Source: Bacteroidaceae bacterium (GTDB taxonomy: Bacteria > Bacillota_I > Bacilli_A > RFN20 > CAG-826). From it: a stretch of DNA of 64,000 nucleotides. The stretch lies in NCBI GenBank assembly GCA_963624045.1, contig CAVFNI010000008.1, forward strand, positions 3,054-67,053, in the 5' to 3' direction. The translations under genes were made by a program, and so were the position numbers. Positions 37,573 through 46,270 of this stretch are shown one piece after another (the stretch's first letter is position 1; the number at the start of each line of letters is the position of its first letter). The notes under the pieces were generated by a model. The model made no database searches and had not been told where the DNA came from. It saw only the letters and a program-made list of their open reading frames with translations.

Positions 37573-37845
37573 ATGCACAAAGACGAAGCCGCCGCCGGAT
37601 TCCTGATCCTTAGCGACCCATCACGGGTTAAGATCACTAAATTCCTTTATTTAAGAGGGGAATTGTCCTTCGATGACTTGTTAGCCATCACAGGGGATGA
37701 GGAAAAGACCTTGATCGATTCGCTAAGGATGATGGAAGAAGGTTCCTTAATAGGAAAAGACGGGGACATGTATCAAATCAATCGCGAATACGTCGACGAA
37801 CTTTTGGATTTCATCCGCACCCCTTGCGGATGTTGCCATCATTAA
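37573..37845 (+). CDS. small ArsR-like winged-helix protein with a Cys/His tail
   Basis: LSDPSRVKITKFLYLRGELSFDDLLAIT resembles an ArsR/SmtB helix-turn-helix. The C-terminus is PCGCCHH. The start was set at the ATG 5 nt after TAGGAGAAAG. Confidence 0.5.
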   Translation: MHKDEAAAGFLILSDPSRVKITKFLYLRGELSFDDLLAITGDEEKTLIDSLRMMEEGSLIGKDGDMYQINREYVDELLDFIRTPCGCCHH

Positions 37846-38250
37846 GCGGCACATTGTAACGTCTGCCTATTTGTTGTTTTCGTCGTATTTGCTCCGCTAA
37901 GTGTAGTTATAGGCAAGTTGCTGGAGCAAAACAAACAAGAATTCTAACTAATCGCAAAACGATCTTCCGCGATTAAGGCGCATGCTTATACCCCTTAGAG
38001 AAACTAACGCGCGAGAAAGTGGCGAAAAAGAATCCTAATTGCGATTCTGCCTAAAAGCCAAAAACCATTCGGAAGGTTTAAATCAGCGTCATATACATTC
38101 TTTATGACACCGCATTGAGGCATTGACCCCTTTCGCTCTTTCGTTAAGAATTTTATCCACGATCCTTTTTCTGTATTCGCCCATAATCTTCGCTCCAATC
38201 CAAACTTATTTGCATTTTATCCAAAATGATTACAAGTTAAATCGAGAATT

Positions 38251-38413
38251 TCATCGGAGTGTTTCGTGGTAAAAATAGCGAAAATAAATCCACGTCTTCC
38301 CACACCATTTCGGCCCCTCTACGCATATGGCACCGTAATTGCTTAAATATTCGTCGATGGTTTTGTCGATGATTCTAGGCTTGTATTTTTTTGTCGTCCT
38401 GCAATGTGCTCAT
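38251..38413 (-). pseudogene. decayed N-terminal fragment of an AAA_14/DUF4143-type ATPase
   Basis: The minus strand reads KKYKPRIIDKTIDEYLSNYGAICVEGPKWCGKTW, the family's N-terminus and Walker A, and then terminates. The ATG at 38413 is out of frame with it across an A7 run (38386-38392). Confidence 0.5.
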
Positions 38414-38599
38414 AATTTCCTCATTGCCTACATTTCAAAATCATAGCGATGCTTAATCAAATATTTTGCGGAACTTTTATAACAACGAATGCGTCAAAAA
38501 GACGCAATAATCGCTCAATTAACAGGGGTTTTGCTTGGAAAATAGGAAATTTCTATTTTTAAAAAATCTCAGAAACGAAGCTTTTTAATAACGAAAAAA

Positions 38600-39163
38600 T
38601 CAAGAGCAGAATTGGAAATAAAATTCAAGGAGCAAAGCATTATGGTATTCGCGGATATCTAGACCCGTCTGCTCAATGAAAGCGGACAATCTATAATTGA
38701 AGGTGTTCCGATGGATATAAAGGATCTCGGCGGTCAAGGAGGCGTTGAGGTTGGAGCGGAGATACGCCCCCGCCGTCAGCATCAATTCATGGGGAACGTC
38801 CTTGAATTCGTTCTTTAGCAAGGGGATCGAAGAGAAATTGCCAAAACTAAATTCCTTCATGAGTAAATCGGTGAGGCAAACGACTTGATTGGGGAAATAA
38901 GAAAGGGCCTCATTCAGTAATTTATCCGATAAGGGCGAGGCTTTAGGAGCCTCTAAGAAAGTGATCGTCACCCCCAGATCGTCATGGATCATATATAAGG
39001 AAGGGGCCAAAAGCACCCCCAAGCGGGATGGGGCTTCCAGATAGCCATGGGTCTCGTTTTGATAGACGAGATGGAAGGGAAGGCCATAGGAGGAGAGAGA
39101 TTCGGAAAAGCCCTTCTTGGAGAAAGGGGCGTTGGCGATGAATAAATACAAAGTCTTCTTCAT
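38600..39163 (-). CDS. PucR/CdaR-type helix-turn-helix regulator
   Basis: The C-terminal LTAEILYIHRNTFNYRLSAFIEQTGLDIREYHNALLLEFY matches the PucR C-terminal helix-turn-helix pattern. Confidence 0.6.
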   Translation of the reverse strand: MKKTLYLFIANAPFSKKGFSESLSSYGLPFHLVYQNETHGYLEAPSRLGVLLAPSLYMIHDDLGVTITFLEAPKASPLSDKLLNEALSYFPNQVVCLTDLLMKEFSFGNFSSIPLLKNEFKDVPHELMLTAGAYLRSNLNASLTAEILYIHRNTFNYRLSAFIEQTGLDIREYHNALLLEFYFQFCS

Positions 39164-39196
39164 TCTTCTTAGTGTAACTACTCGCTATACGAAACG

Positions 39197-40912
39197 CTAA
39201 ACGTTCTTTTTGGCGAATAACCCCCTCCTTTCTTCCTTCTTTTCCTTGATAAAGTTGGAAACGTCCGTAAACCCCTGCCCTAATAACGCGGAGAAAGGAA
39301 GGAAAAGAGGAAGGGCATAACGGGCGTTCATCGTGCAGCCAACTTGGTATTTATAGCAAAAATAAGCGTAGGCGAGCATTTGCGATAAAGCGATGATAAG
39401 CAAGAAGATGGCGGCAAAGGAAGGAAGGGCGTCCCCTTCTTTATGAATGAGGCTGTAAATGTATTTAAGAAGATAATAGATGGCGAAAAGGAAGACGAGG
39501 AAGGAGAGGATGACGGCGAAGATATAAGCCGCATAGATGAAGAAAACGTCAAAAGAGGATGTTCCGAAGATGCCAAAGGGGTTATGCTCCTCCCAAAGGG
39601 CCGTCTTGATGAAGGCCGTCCAGATGTTATAGTCGATCGTCCCCCAAACATATTGGTCGCTAGAGCCGCCCGAAACAGGGAAATAGGCCCTGATGTTATA
39701 GCAAGAGGAGAAAAGATCGGGGGAAGGAAAGGCTAGGAAGCGGAAGAAGAAACCGTAATATTCGTTATCGACATGCATGTAATTGGGGCCGTTGCGCTCC
39801 AAATCGAGGACGTAGCCGAAGGGCTCATCGTATTTTAAAGACTGGTAAACATGCCCGCCGAGGGCTAAGGGGATACAGATGAGAGCGAAGAGGGATATTT
39901 GCGCCCAGAAGCGTAATCTTTCCTTCTTCTCCCCTTCTTTCTTGAAGTAAAGGCGATATAGCTCAAGAAGGAAGATATAGGCGATAGGAAGGGCGAGGAG
40001 GCCGCTATTGAGTTTGCTTTCCATCCCCATGGCGATGGCTAAGGCCAAGAAAATGATATTAAGGAAGCTCCTTTTCTCCTTCCAAAGCAAAGCGATAACC
40101 AAAGAAAGAAGCGAGAAAAAGAGAGCGAAAAGATCGTTATTGCCCGAATAGATGACGAAATAAAAGGCGGGAACCATGAGGGCGAAGCCTGTCATATAGG
40201 CGGCCTTTCTCTCATGCCTCTTAAACAAAGACAAGAAAATCTTGGCCAGCAAATAAAAATTCAAAGAACCCAAATAAGCATCGATGATGCGGATGCATTC
40301 AAGGCTCTGGGCGTCATGAAGGGAAAGGAAGGAGGAACCATTCAAAATGGAAATTTGGATGCCATCGCTAGAAGGCAATAGCAACGAGAAGAACCTGGCA
40401 AACATAGCGACGACATAATGGTAGAACTTCACTTGGTAATACTGATTATCGAAGCTTACCCCCGGGATCTTGCCCGTTTGGTAGATGTCATAAATAATCG
40501 ACCAATGGCCGCCATATTGATAAACGGAGAAATCGTGGGTGAAGCGATTGTTGTTAAAATTCAAGAAGCCGCCCAATAGCAAAGTGATAGCACTCGCCAC
40601 CGCCACAAACAAATAAATAAGCCGCTTGGCGGAAAGCTTCTTTTTTAAAAGCAGCGCGACGAAAATGGCGATAAGGCCAAAAAGAAAAACGATAAATAAA
40701 GCGATCGCCATCCACATGGCTAAGCGGCTACGAAAGCCATATTCCTTAACCCCCGTCGCGTCATAAAAACCATCGCCCTTATAACAAAAGAGAAAATGGA
40801 GGGCGATGATAAGAACGAAAAATAGTCCGAAAGCGAGGGCCTTATAGCCCTTCTTATGAAGCGCCTTCTCACCCTTTTCGATGGTAACGACTATCTTATC
40901 GAGGAAAGCCAT
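39197..40912 (-). CDS. polytopic membrane protein, GT-C/ArnT-like glycosyltransferase candidate
   Basis: 571 aa with many hydrophobic segments and the general layout of family 39/83 glycosyltransferases. The function is not firmly supported. Confidence 0.4.
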   Translation of the reverse strand: MAFLDKIVVTIEKGEKALHKKGYKALAFGLFFVLIIALHFLFCYKGDGFYDATGVKEYGFRSRLAMWMAIALFIVFLFGLIAIFVALLLKKKLSAKRLIYLFVAVASAITLLLGGFLNFNNNRFTHDFSVYQYGGHWSIIYDIYQTGKIPGVSFDNQYYQVKFYHYVVAMFARFFSLLLPSSDGIQISILNGSSFLSLHDAQSLECIRIIDAYLGSLNFYLLAKIFLSLFKRHERKAAYMTGFALMVPAFYFVIYSGNNDLFALFFSLLSLVIALLWKEKRSFLNIIFLALAIAMGMESKLNSGLLALPIAYIFLLELYRLYFKKEGEKKERLRFWAQISLFALICIPLALGGHVYQSLKYDEPFGYVLDLERNGPNYMHVDNEYYGFFFRFLAFPSPDLFSSCYNIRAYFPVSGGSSDQYVWGTIDYNIWTAFIKTALWEEHNPFGIFGTSSFDVFFIYAAYIFAVILSFLVFLFAIYYLLKYIYSLIHKEGDALPSFAAIFLLIIALSQMLAYAYFCYKYQVGCTMNARYALPLFLPFSALLGQGFTDVSNFIKEKKEERRGLFAKKNV

Positions 40913-40914
40913 CC

Positions 40915-41412
40915 TTAATATTTTTGCTCCTGACGAAGGAAATTGACGGCCAATTTGGCTTTATAGGCTTTCTCCATATCGAGGAAATCATAGCCCATGA
41001 TGGGGAGAAGATCCAAGAAGGAGGCGAAGGCTTCCTCGTAATTGTCTTTGGTGCGGTTCTCATCGAAGGAAAGGACCTTCTCATAGACCGTGAGGATGGC
41101 TTTGCTGAGGTTCAGGTCGCTTTTTCGGAAATGATGATGGTAATCGCTGACGCCGATCGCTAACCCTAACGACAAGAGGAAATGGAGGGCGTCGGCGTAT
41201 TCGTCGAGGATCCTCTCCTTCCCCGAAGGGCCCTTAAGCGACCAAAATTTGAAGCATCTGGTTTCGTTGGCGAATTCTCCAAGTTCGACGAAAAGAGCCA
41301 ATAGGCGTCTCTCGAAGGTGCTTTCGTAAGTGACGTCATGGCGCTTGGCGATATCCTCGTCAAGCCCTTTTTGAAGGGCGTAAAGTTCCTCGAAAGAGAA
41401 TTCGTCAATCAT
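40915..41412 (-). CDS. dimeric dUTPase-family protein (YncF-like)
   Basis: 165 aa, all-alpha. FVELGEFANETRCFKFWS and EYADALHFLLSLG resemble the dimeric dUTPase motifs. Confidence 0.55.
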   Translation of the reverse strand: MIDEFSFEELYALQKGLDEDIAKRHDVTYESTFERRLLALFVELGEFANETRCFKFWSLKGPSGKERILDEYADALHFLLSLGLAIGVSDYHHHFRKSDLNLSKAILTVYEKVLSFDENRTKDNYEEAFASFLDLLPIMGYDFLDMEKAYKAKLAVNFLRQEQKY

Positions 41413-43828
41413 CGTCTTCCACCTCGTAAGGAATTAACTTCCAGATGTCTTCGTTATAATCGGCGATGGTGCGGTCGCTAGAGAAATAGCCGCTGCCGGC
41501 GATGTTATCGATCATGGCTTTAGCGAAGCGCGGCCTATCGAGGTAGAACCTCTCGGCTTCTTCGCAAGCTTCTTTATAGGAACGATAATCCTTAAGGACG
41601 AAATATTGGTCGCCATGGTTCATAATTTCGTCGAAGATGAGGCGGAAGCGGTCTTTATGCTCCTCCGCCCAAGGGCCAAAGAAGAGGGAATCGATGATCT
41701 CCTTAATCTCTGGGTCGTTATTGTAAATATCCCAAGGATTATAGGTGCCAGAGGCATATTCCTTCTCCACTTCCTCTTTATTCATCCCGAAGATGACGGC
41801 ATTTTCCTTGCCCGCCAAATCGACAATCTCAATATTGGCACCATCCATCGTCCCAAGCGTCAAGGCACCGTTCATCATGAATTTCATGTTGCTAGTGCCG
41901 CTAGCTTCCTTACCTGCGGTGCTTATTTGCTCGCTGATATCGGTGGCGGGAACGATTAATTCGCTAAGGGAGACCGAATAATTCTCCACAAAGACGATTT
42001 TCATATATGGGGCAGCCGCTGGATCATCGTTAACGACCTTGGCGACGGCTAAGATGAGTTCGATGATGCGCTTGGCGTATTCATAGCTTGGGGCCGCTTT
42101 AGCGCCGAAGATATAGACGTGCTTAGCCATCTTGAAATTAGCGGGATCCTTCTTTAATTGCAGATAAAGGGACATGATGTGGAAGATATTAAGGAGCTGT
42201 CTCTTATAGGCATGGAGGCGTTTGATCTGCGAATCATAAATGGCGTCGGGATCGATCTCAATGCCGTAATTATCTTTCACGAAGGCGGCGAATTTTACTT
42301 TGTTCTCGCGCTTGATGGAAAGGAGCCTCTCTTGGACGGCCTTATCTTCATCGTAAGCGCAGAAGGCGGATATCTTCGCCATGTCGCTCACCCATCCATC
42401 ACCGATTTTCTTAGTGATTAGCTCGGCTAATTTGGGATTGCTATACATGAGCCAGCGGCGTGGGGTGACGCCATTGGTCTTGTTGTTGAATTTGGCGGGA
42501 TAAAGCTCATAAAAATGCTTGAAGGTGTTGGTTTTGAGGATCTCAGTATGGATCTTGGCGACGCCATTGACGCTAAAAGAGGCGTAGATGGCCATGTTGG
42601 TCATATGGATTTGACCGTCTTTGATGATCTGCATGGCGTAGCGCTTATCGTCGCTTACCCCTTTCTCTGCCAAAAAGGCGTTAAAGCGGCGATTGATTTC
42701 CTCGATGATCATATAGACGCGCGGAAGGTTCCTTTGAACGTAATTGACGGGCCAGCGCTCGAGAGCCTCGGGCATGACGGTGTGGTTGGTGTAGGCAAAA
42801 AGCTTCTCCACCATCGCCCAGGATTCATCCCAACCATAGCCATATTCGTCCATAAGGAGCCTCATCATCTCGGGGATAGCCAAAATCGGATGGGTGTCAT
42901 TTAACTGGAAAACGTAATGCTCGGGAAGGGAACGCAAATCCTTATAGCGGCGCATCTCGCCGCGGAGGACGCTTTGAAGGCCGGCGCTCACGAGGAAATA
43001 TTGTTGCCGTAAGCGCAAAATGCGGCCGTGCTCGGTGCTATCATCGGGATATAAGCCGAAAGAAAGTTCCTTGAGGGTCGATAGATAATCGGCGAAGGAG
43101 ACGTTCTTCGGGAGGTTGTTTTCGCTTGGCTCGGCACTCCATAGACGCAAGGTGTTGGCGACGCCATTGCGGTAACCAGGGACGCTCACGTCATAAGGGA
43201 CGGCGCGGACGCAAGTGGCGTTGACCGTCCGCAAGGCGTATTCGCCATTGGGCTTGATATAGGTCTCGGCGTTGCCTCCGAATTGCACTTCCACGGCGTG
43301 CTTGGGCTTACGGACTTCGAAGACGAAGCCATTGGATAGCCATTGATCGGGGAGCTCGGTTTGCCTCCCCCGCACGAATTTCTGGCGGAAGAAGCCATAT
43401 TCGTAGCGGATGGTATTGCCATGCATCGGTAGCCCCAAGGAGGCGGCGCTATCTAAGAAACAGGCGGCGAGCCTTCCTAGGCCCCCGTTGCCGAGCCCCG
43501 CATCGGGCTCTTGTTTTTCGATTTCCTCGATGTCGATGCCAAAATCAGCCAAACCGTCTTTGGCGATCTTATAGATGCCAAGATTTTGCATATTGCTCTT
43601 CAAAAGACGTCCGATTAGGAATTCCATCGAGAAATAAAGGCATTGTTTCTTGCCTGTCTTATAGATATCTTCACGACATCCCCGCCAATAATAGCCAGCA
43701 TAGTCGCGGACCATCTCGCCGAGGATGTCGTATTTCTCGGTGATGTGGCTATCTTCGACGCTGCGGCCGTATTTTTCGCTGAGGCGACATTCGAATTCTT
43801 GTTTGAAGTCCATTTTATTGGCAAACAT
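41405..43828 (-). CDS. glgP: glycogen/maltodextrin phosphorylase
   Basis: 807 aa with EPDAGLGNGGLGRLAACFLDS and the pyridoxal-phosphate region EASGTSNMKFMMNGALTLGTMDGANIE. Confidence 0.95.
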   Translation of the reverse strand: MFANKMDFKQEFECRLSEKYGRSVEDSHITEKYDILGEMVRDYAGYYWRGCREDIYKTGKKQCLYFSMEFLIGRLLKSNMQNLGIYKIAKDGLADFGIDIEEIEKQEPDAGLGNGGLGRLAACFLDSAASLGLPMHGNTIRYEYGFFRQKFVRGRQTELPDQWLSNGFVFEVRKPKHAVEVQFGGNAETYIKPNGEYALRTVNATCVRAVPYDVSVPGYRNGVANTLRLWSAEPSENNLPKNVSFADYLSTLKELSFGLYPDDSTEHGRILRLRQQYFLVSAGLQSVLRGEMRRYKDLRSLPEHYVFQLNDTHPILAIPEMMRLLMDEYGYGWDESWAMVEKLFAYTNHTVMPEALERWPVNYVQRNLPRVYMIIEEINRRFNAFLAEKGVSDDKRYAMQIIKDGQIHMTNMAIYASFSVNGVAKIHTEILKTNTFKHFYELYPAKFNNKTNGVTPRRWLMYSNPKLAELITKKIGDGWVSDMAKISAFCAYDEDKAVQERLLSIKRENKVKFAAFVKDNYGIEIDPDAIYDSQIKRLHAYKRQLLNIFHIMSLYLQLKKDPANFKMAKHVYIFGAKAAPSYEYAKRIIELILAVAKVVNDDPAAAPYMKIVFVENYSVSLSELIVPATDISEQISTAGKEASGTSNMKFMMNGALTLGTMDGANIEIVDLAGKENAVIFGMNKEEVEKEYASGTYNPWDIYNNDPEIKEIIDSLFFGPWAEEHKDRFRLIFDEIMNHGDQYFVLKDYRSYKEACEEAERFYLDRPRFAKAMIDNIAGSGYFSSDRTIADYNEDIWKLIPYEVEDDD

Positions 43829-44285
43829 ATTTATCTCCCTAAGGGTGTTGCGCTAAACGCAAGTAATATCTTATCGCTTAAAGAGGATATTTTTAACCCC
43901 CTCTTGCATAGCAAGGGAGGGAAGAGAAGGCAAAGACATAAACTTGTTCGCATAAATTGAACGAATAAGTTTAGGGCGTATGATGAAAAAACGGAGAGGA
44001 AGACGATGAAATTAAAATGCGAATATCGTTTTAAGAAGATATTTCCTTCATCTTGGAAGTAATGAACATCAACGTTTTGGAACTTTCGTAAGGAACCGCA
44101 ATATCTCGAATAACCCTTGAAAAAGGGCTTCGCGAAAAAGGAAGGATCCGCGATGACATGTATGAAAAATTCTATTCCTACATCCATCAAAAGGGTTTTC
44201 GTCTTAGCGAAAGCAAAGAAGAGCTTTTAAAAGAAGGGAGGAAATCATCCTTTTATGCGTCTCTAAGCGCGGTCTTTCCTTTGTA

Positions 44286-44510
44286 ACGGCCAATGGCTCA
44301 CGGAATAACCGCAACTTTGGGCGAGGGTTTTATTTGGGCGAAAGCTTCGCACAGGCCGCCTCTTTCATCTATGAGAAAGACGGTTCGTCCATCTATTCGT
44401 TTTCCCTAGACGTACGCAAATTGAAAATCAAGAATCTCGACGAGAGCGTTTTCGACAATAACGCGCGTCTTAAGAGGATAATCCGCATGCATAAGTTACG
44501 CAAAAATTAG
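44286..44510 (+). pseudogene. start-less remnant resembling a DUF3990-type domain
   Basis: An open frame without an ATG reads NGSRNNRNFGRGFYLGESFAQAASFIYEKDG..., which resembles the DFGxGFY...QA core of DUF3990 as I recall it. It is preceded by broken helix-turn-helix-like frames at 44007-44285. Confidence 0.3.
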
Positions 44511-44572
44511 TTTTCGACGAGACGCGAAAATGCCGTTTAAAGCAATCTGGCAAGGAATGAAAACATAGCCTT

Positions 44573-44678
44573 CGCAATATAAGCGCAATAGAGCGCAATA
44601 TAAGCGCAATATAAAAAGATTCGATGATAGGCTTGTTTTGATTTTTTGAATGCGCTTATTTGCAAAGGCGCGCAATTA
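44573..44678. repeat. 106-bp direct repeat, copy A
   Basis: Identical base for base to 46158-46263. It contains four tandem GCGCAATA(T/G)A units. Its last 3 nt form the stop codon of the enclosed gene. Confidence 0.95.
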
Positions 44679-46127
44679 CGCCCAGTAAGGCAAATATGCC
44701 GTGTCTTTCTTATCGGACAAAGCCGCTTTCTTGATTTTTCCGCTATCCAAAGCAAGCGCCAACAAACGGCTGACGCGAAATTTGGCTTCCTCACCCAACC
44801 CAAAGCGGTCACGCAAGCTTTTGTTGGTAGCCCTTTTCGAAGACAAATAGGAAATAACGACGTGATCATAGGTAGCCGCGAGTTTTTCTTCTTGCGAATA
44901 TTCCTCGAACGGTTTCTCTTTAAATAGCATCAAACGGACGCCGCTTGGCGCCTCTTCCATCTTGAAAGGTGGCAATTTCTCCTTTTCTAAAGACGCCACG
45001 ATCTTGTCGAAGCCGCTTCCGGCCGTATCGCCGATATCGATTCGTCTAAGGAAGGAGGCTAGGCGCTCATTAACCGACTTAGGAGGCGAATCAATCAATC
45101 GATCGATGGGCACGCTTAGAAATCCTGGATTAGAAAACTCGACGCGATCGACGAATATTTCTACCAAAGGCCCGCCATTAGAAAGAAGGTCCTGATGAAT
45201 GAGAAGGTTGCCTAAAGCCTCTCTTACGGCAATCGGAGGAACGATATAATGGTCCTTCCGCACGCCATTTACATAAATATCGGAAGTCTGCGTCAGGGCG
45301 GTTATCGCTTTGAAGCATTCTTCGAAGGAAATGGCATATCCTGACAAAAAGGTCTGCTTCCCTTTCGTCTCCAAACGGCTTTCGCCGGCGTAATTGACGA
45401 TGCGGAGCGCTTTGCCTTCTAGTTTCGGGAAGGAAGATAAATCCGAAGCAAATAGCAATGCCCCCAGAACGGTTATCGAATAATGCCCGCCTTTCTCGTC
45501 GAGCAAAAAGCCCTCGCGGCAAAAACGCGTTATCGTCTCATCTTCGTTCAGGGGATTCGAGACGCCAACGGCTTTCCAATAAGACGGGAAGGAAAGGAAC
45601 GAAGGGATCTCCTCCTTCTTGACTCCGCTTAAGGCAATACGGCTTTCGGGCGAGGAGAGATCAAGACGTTGCCACAATTCCTTTTCAAGCGACGGGTAAT
45701 CTTTGATGTTTTTAGTGTAGCTGCCAATACGGCAATAGATTTGTTTCTTATAAGCGCTCGCAAAATGAGCGGCAGCCGGGATCTCCAATACCAAGACGCG
45801 TTTATCGTCCAACGTCACTTCATAGGCTTCTAGATCTAAGGAAGGCGAAAGAAGGTTCCGCCAATAAGCCACAATGTCTTCCTCGCCTTTCTTCCAAGAA
45901 AAGAAAGAAAGCTTTGTCCCGACGATCGAATGGGTTTCGTCTTCGATTCCCCAAACGATATATCCATAAGGTTCGTCAGATAAAAGAGCCATATTCGAGA
46001 TGGCGGATATCCTCTCCCCTATCATATCTGGGTCGGCGTTATTGACCTTGAATTCCACATACGGGGTTTCCTTTTTTAATGCACATAGCCCCCGCACGAT
46101 CAAGGCGATTGTCTGAATGTCCTTCAT
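44676..46127 (-). CDS. AlbA_2 (Schlafen-like) plus HATPase_c_4-type putative nucleic-acid-binding ATPase
   Basis: The N-terminal ETPYVEFKVNN...ISAISNMALLSDEPYGYIVWGIEDETHSIVG fits the AlbA_2 pattern. The C-terminal REALGNLLIHQDLLSNGGPLVEIFVDRVEFSNPG fits the HATPase_c_4 pattern. The start was trimmed to the ATG at 46127, after GGAGGAAGCTC. Confidence 0.7.
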   Translation of the reverse strand: MKDIQTIALIVRGLCALKKETPYVEFKVNNADPDMIGERISAISNMALLSDEPYGYIVWGIEDETHSIVGTKLSFFSWKKGEEDIVAYWRNLLSPSLDLEAYEVTLDDKRVLVLEIPAAAHFASAYKKQIYCRIGSYTKNIKDYPSLEKELWQRLDLSSPESRIALSGVKKEEIPSFLSFPSYWKAVGVSNPLNEDETITRFCREGFLLDEKGGHYSITVLGALLFASDLSSFPKLEGKALRIVNYAGESRLETKGKQTFLSGYAISFEECFKAITALTQTSDIYVNGVRKDHYIVPPIAVREALGNLLIHQDLLSNGGPLVEIFVDRVEFSNPGFLSVPIDRLIDSPPKSVNERLASFLRRIDIGDTAGSGFDKIVASLEKEKLPPFKMEEAPSGVRLMLFKEKPFEEYSQEEKLAATYDHVVISYLSSKRATNKSLRDRFGLGEEAKFRVSRLLALALDSGKIKKAALSDKKDTAYLPYWA

Positions 46128-46157
46128 GAGCTTCCTCCATGGATATTTTATAGCATC

Positions 46158-46263
46158 CGCAATATAAGCGCAATAGAGCGCAATATAAGCGCAATATAAA
46201 AAGATTCGATGATAGGCTTGTTTTGATTTTTTGAATGCGCTTATTTGCAAAGGCGCGCAATTA
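46158..46263. repeat. 106-bp direct repeat, copy B
   Basis: Identical to 44573-44678. It lies immediately upstream of the enclosed gene (promoter side). Confidence 0.95.
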
Positions 46264-46270
46264 AAAGAAA

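Noticed and set aside
46128-46250. The N-terminal extension of ORF 44676..46250 (MQISAFKKSKQAYHRIFLYCAYIALYCAYIA...) and the look-alike ORF 44537..44869
   Set aside because: Both arise from reading through the 106-bp direct repeat. The AlbA_2 domain begins after the internal ATG at 46127, which has a GGAGG ribosome-binding site.
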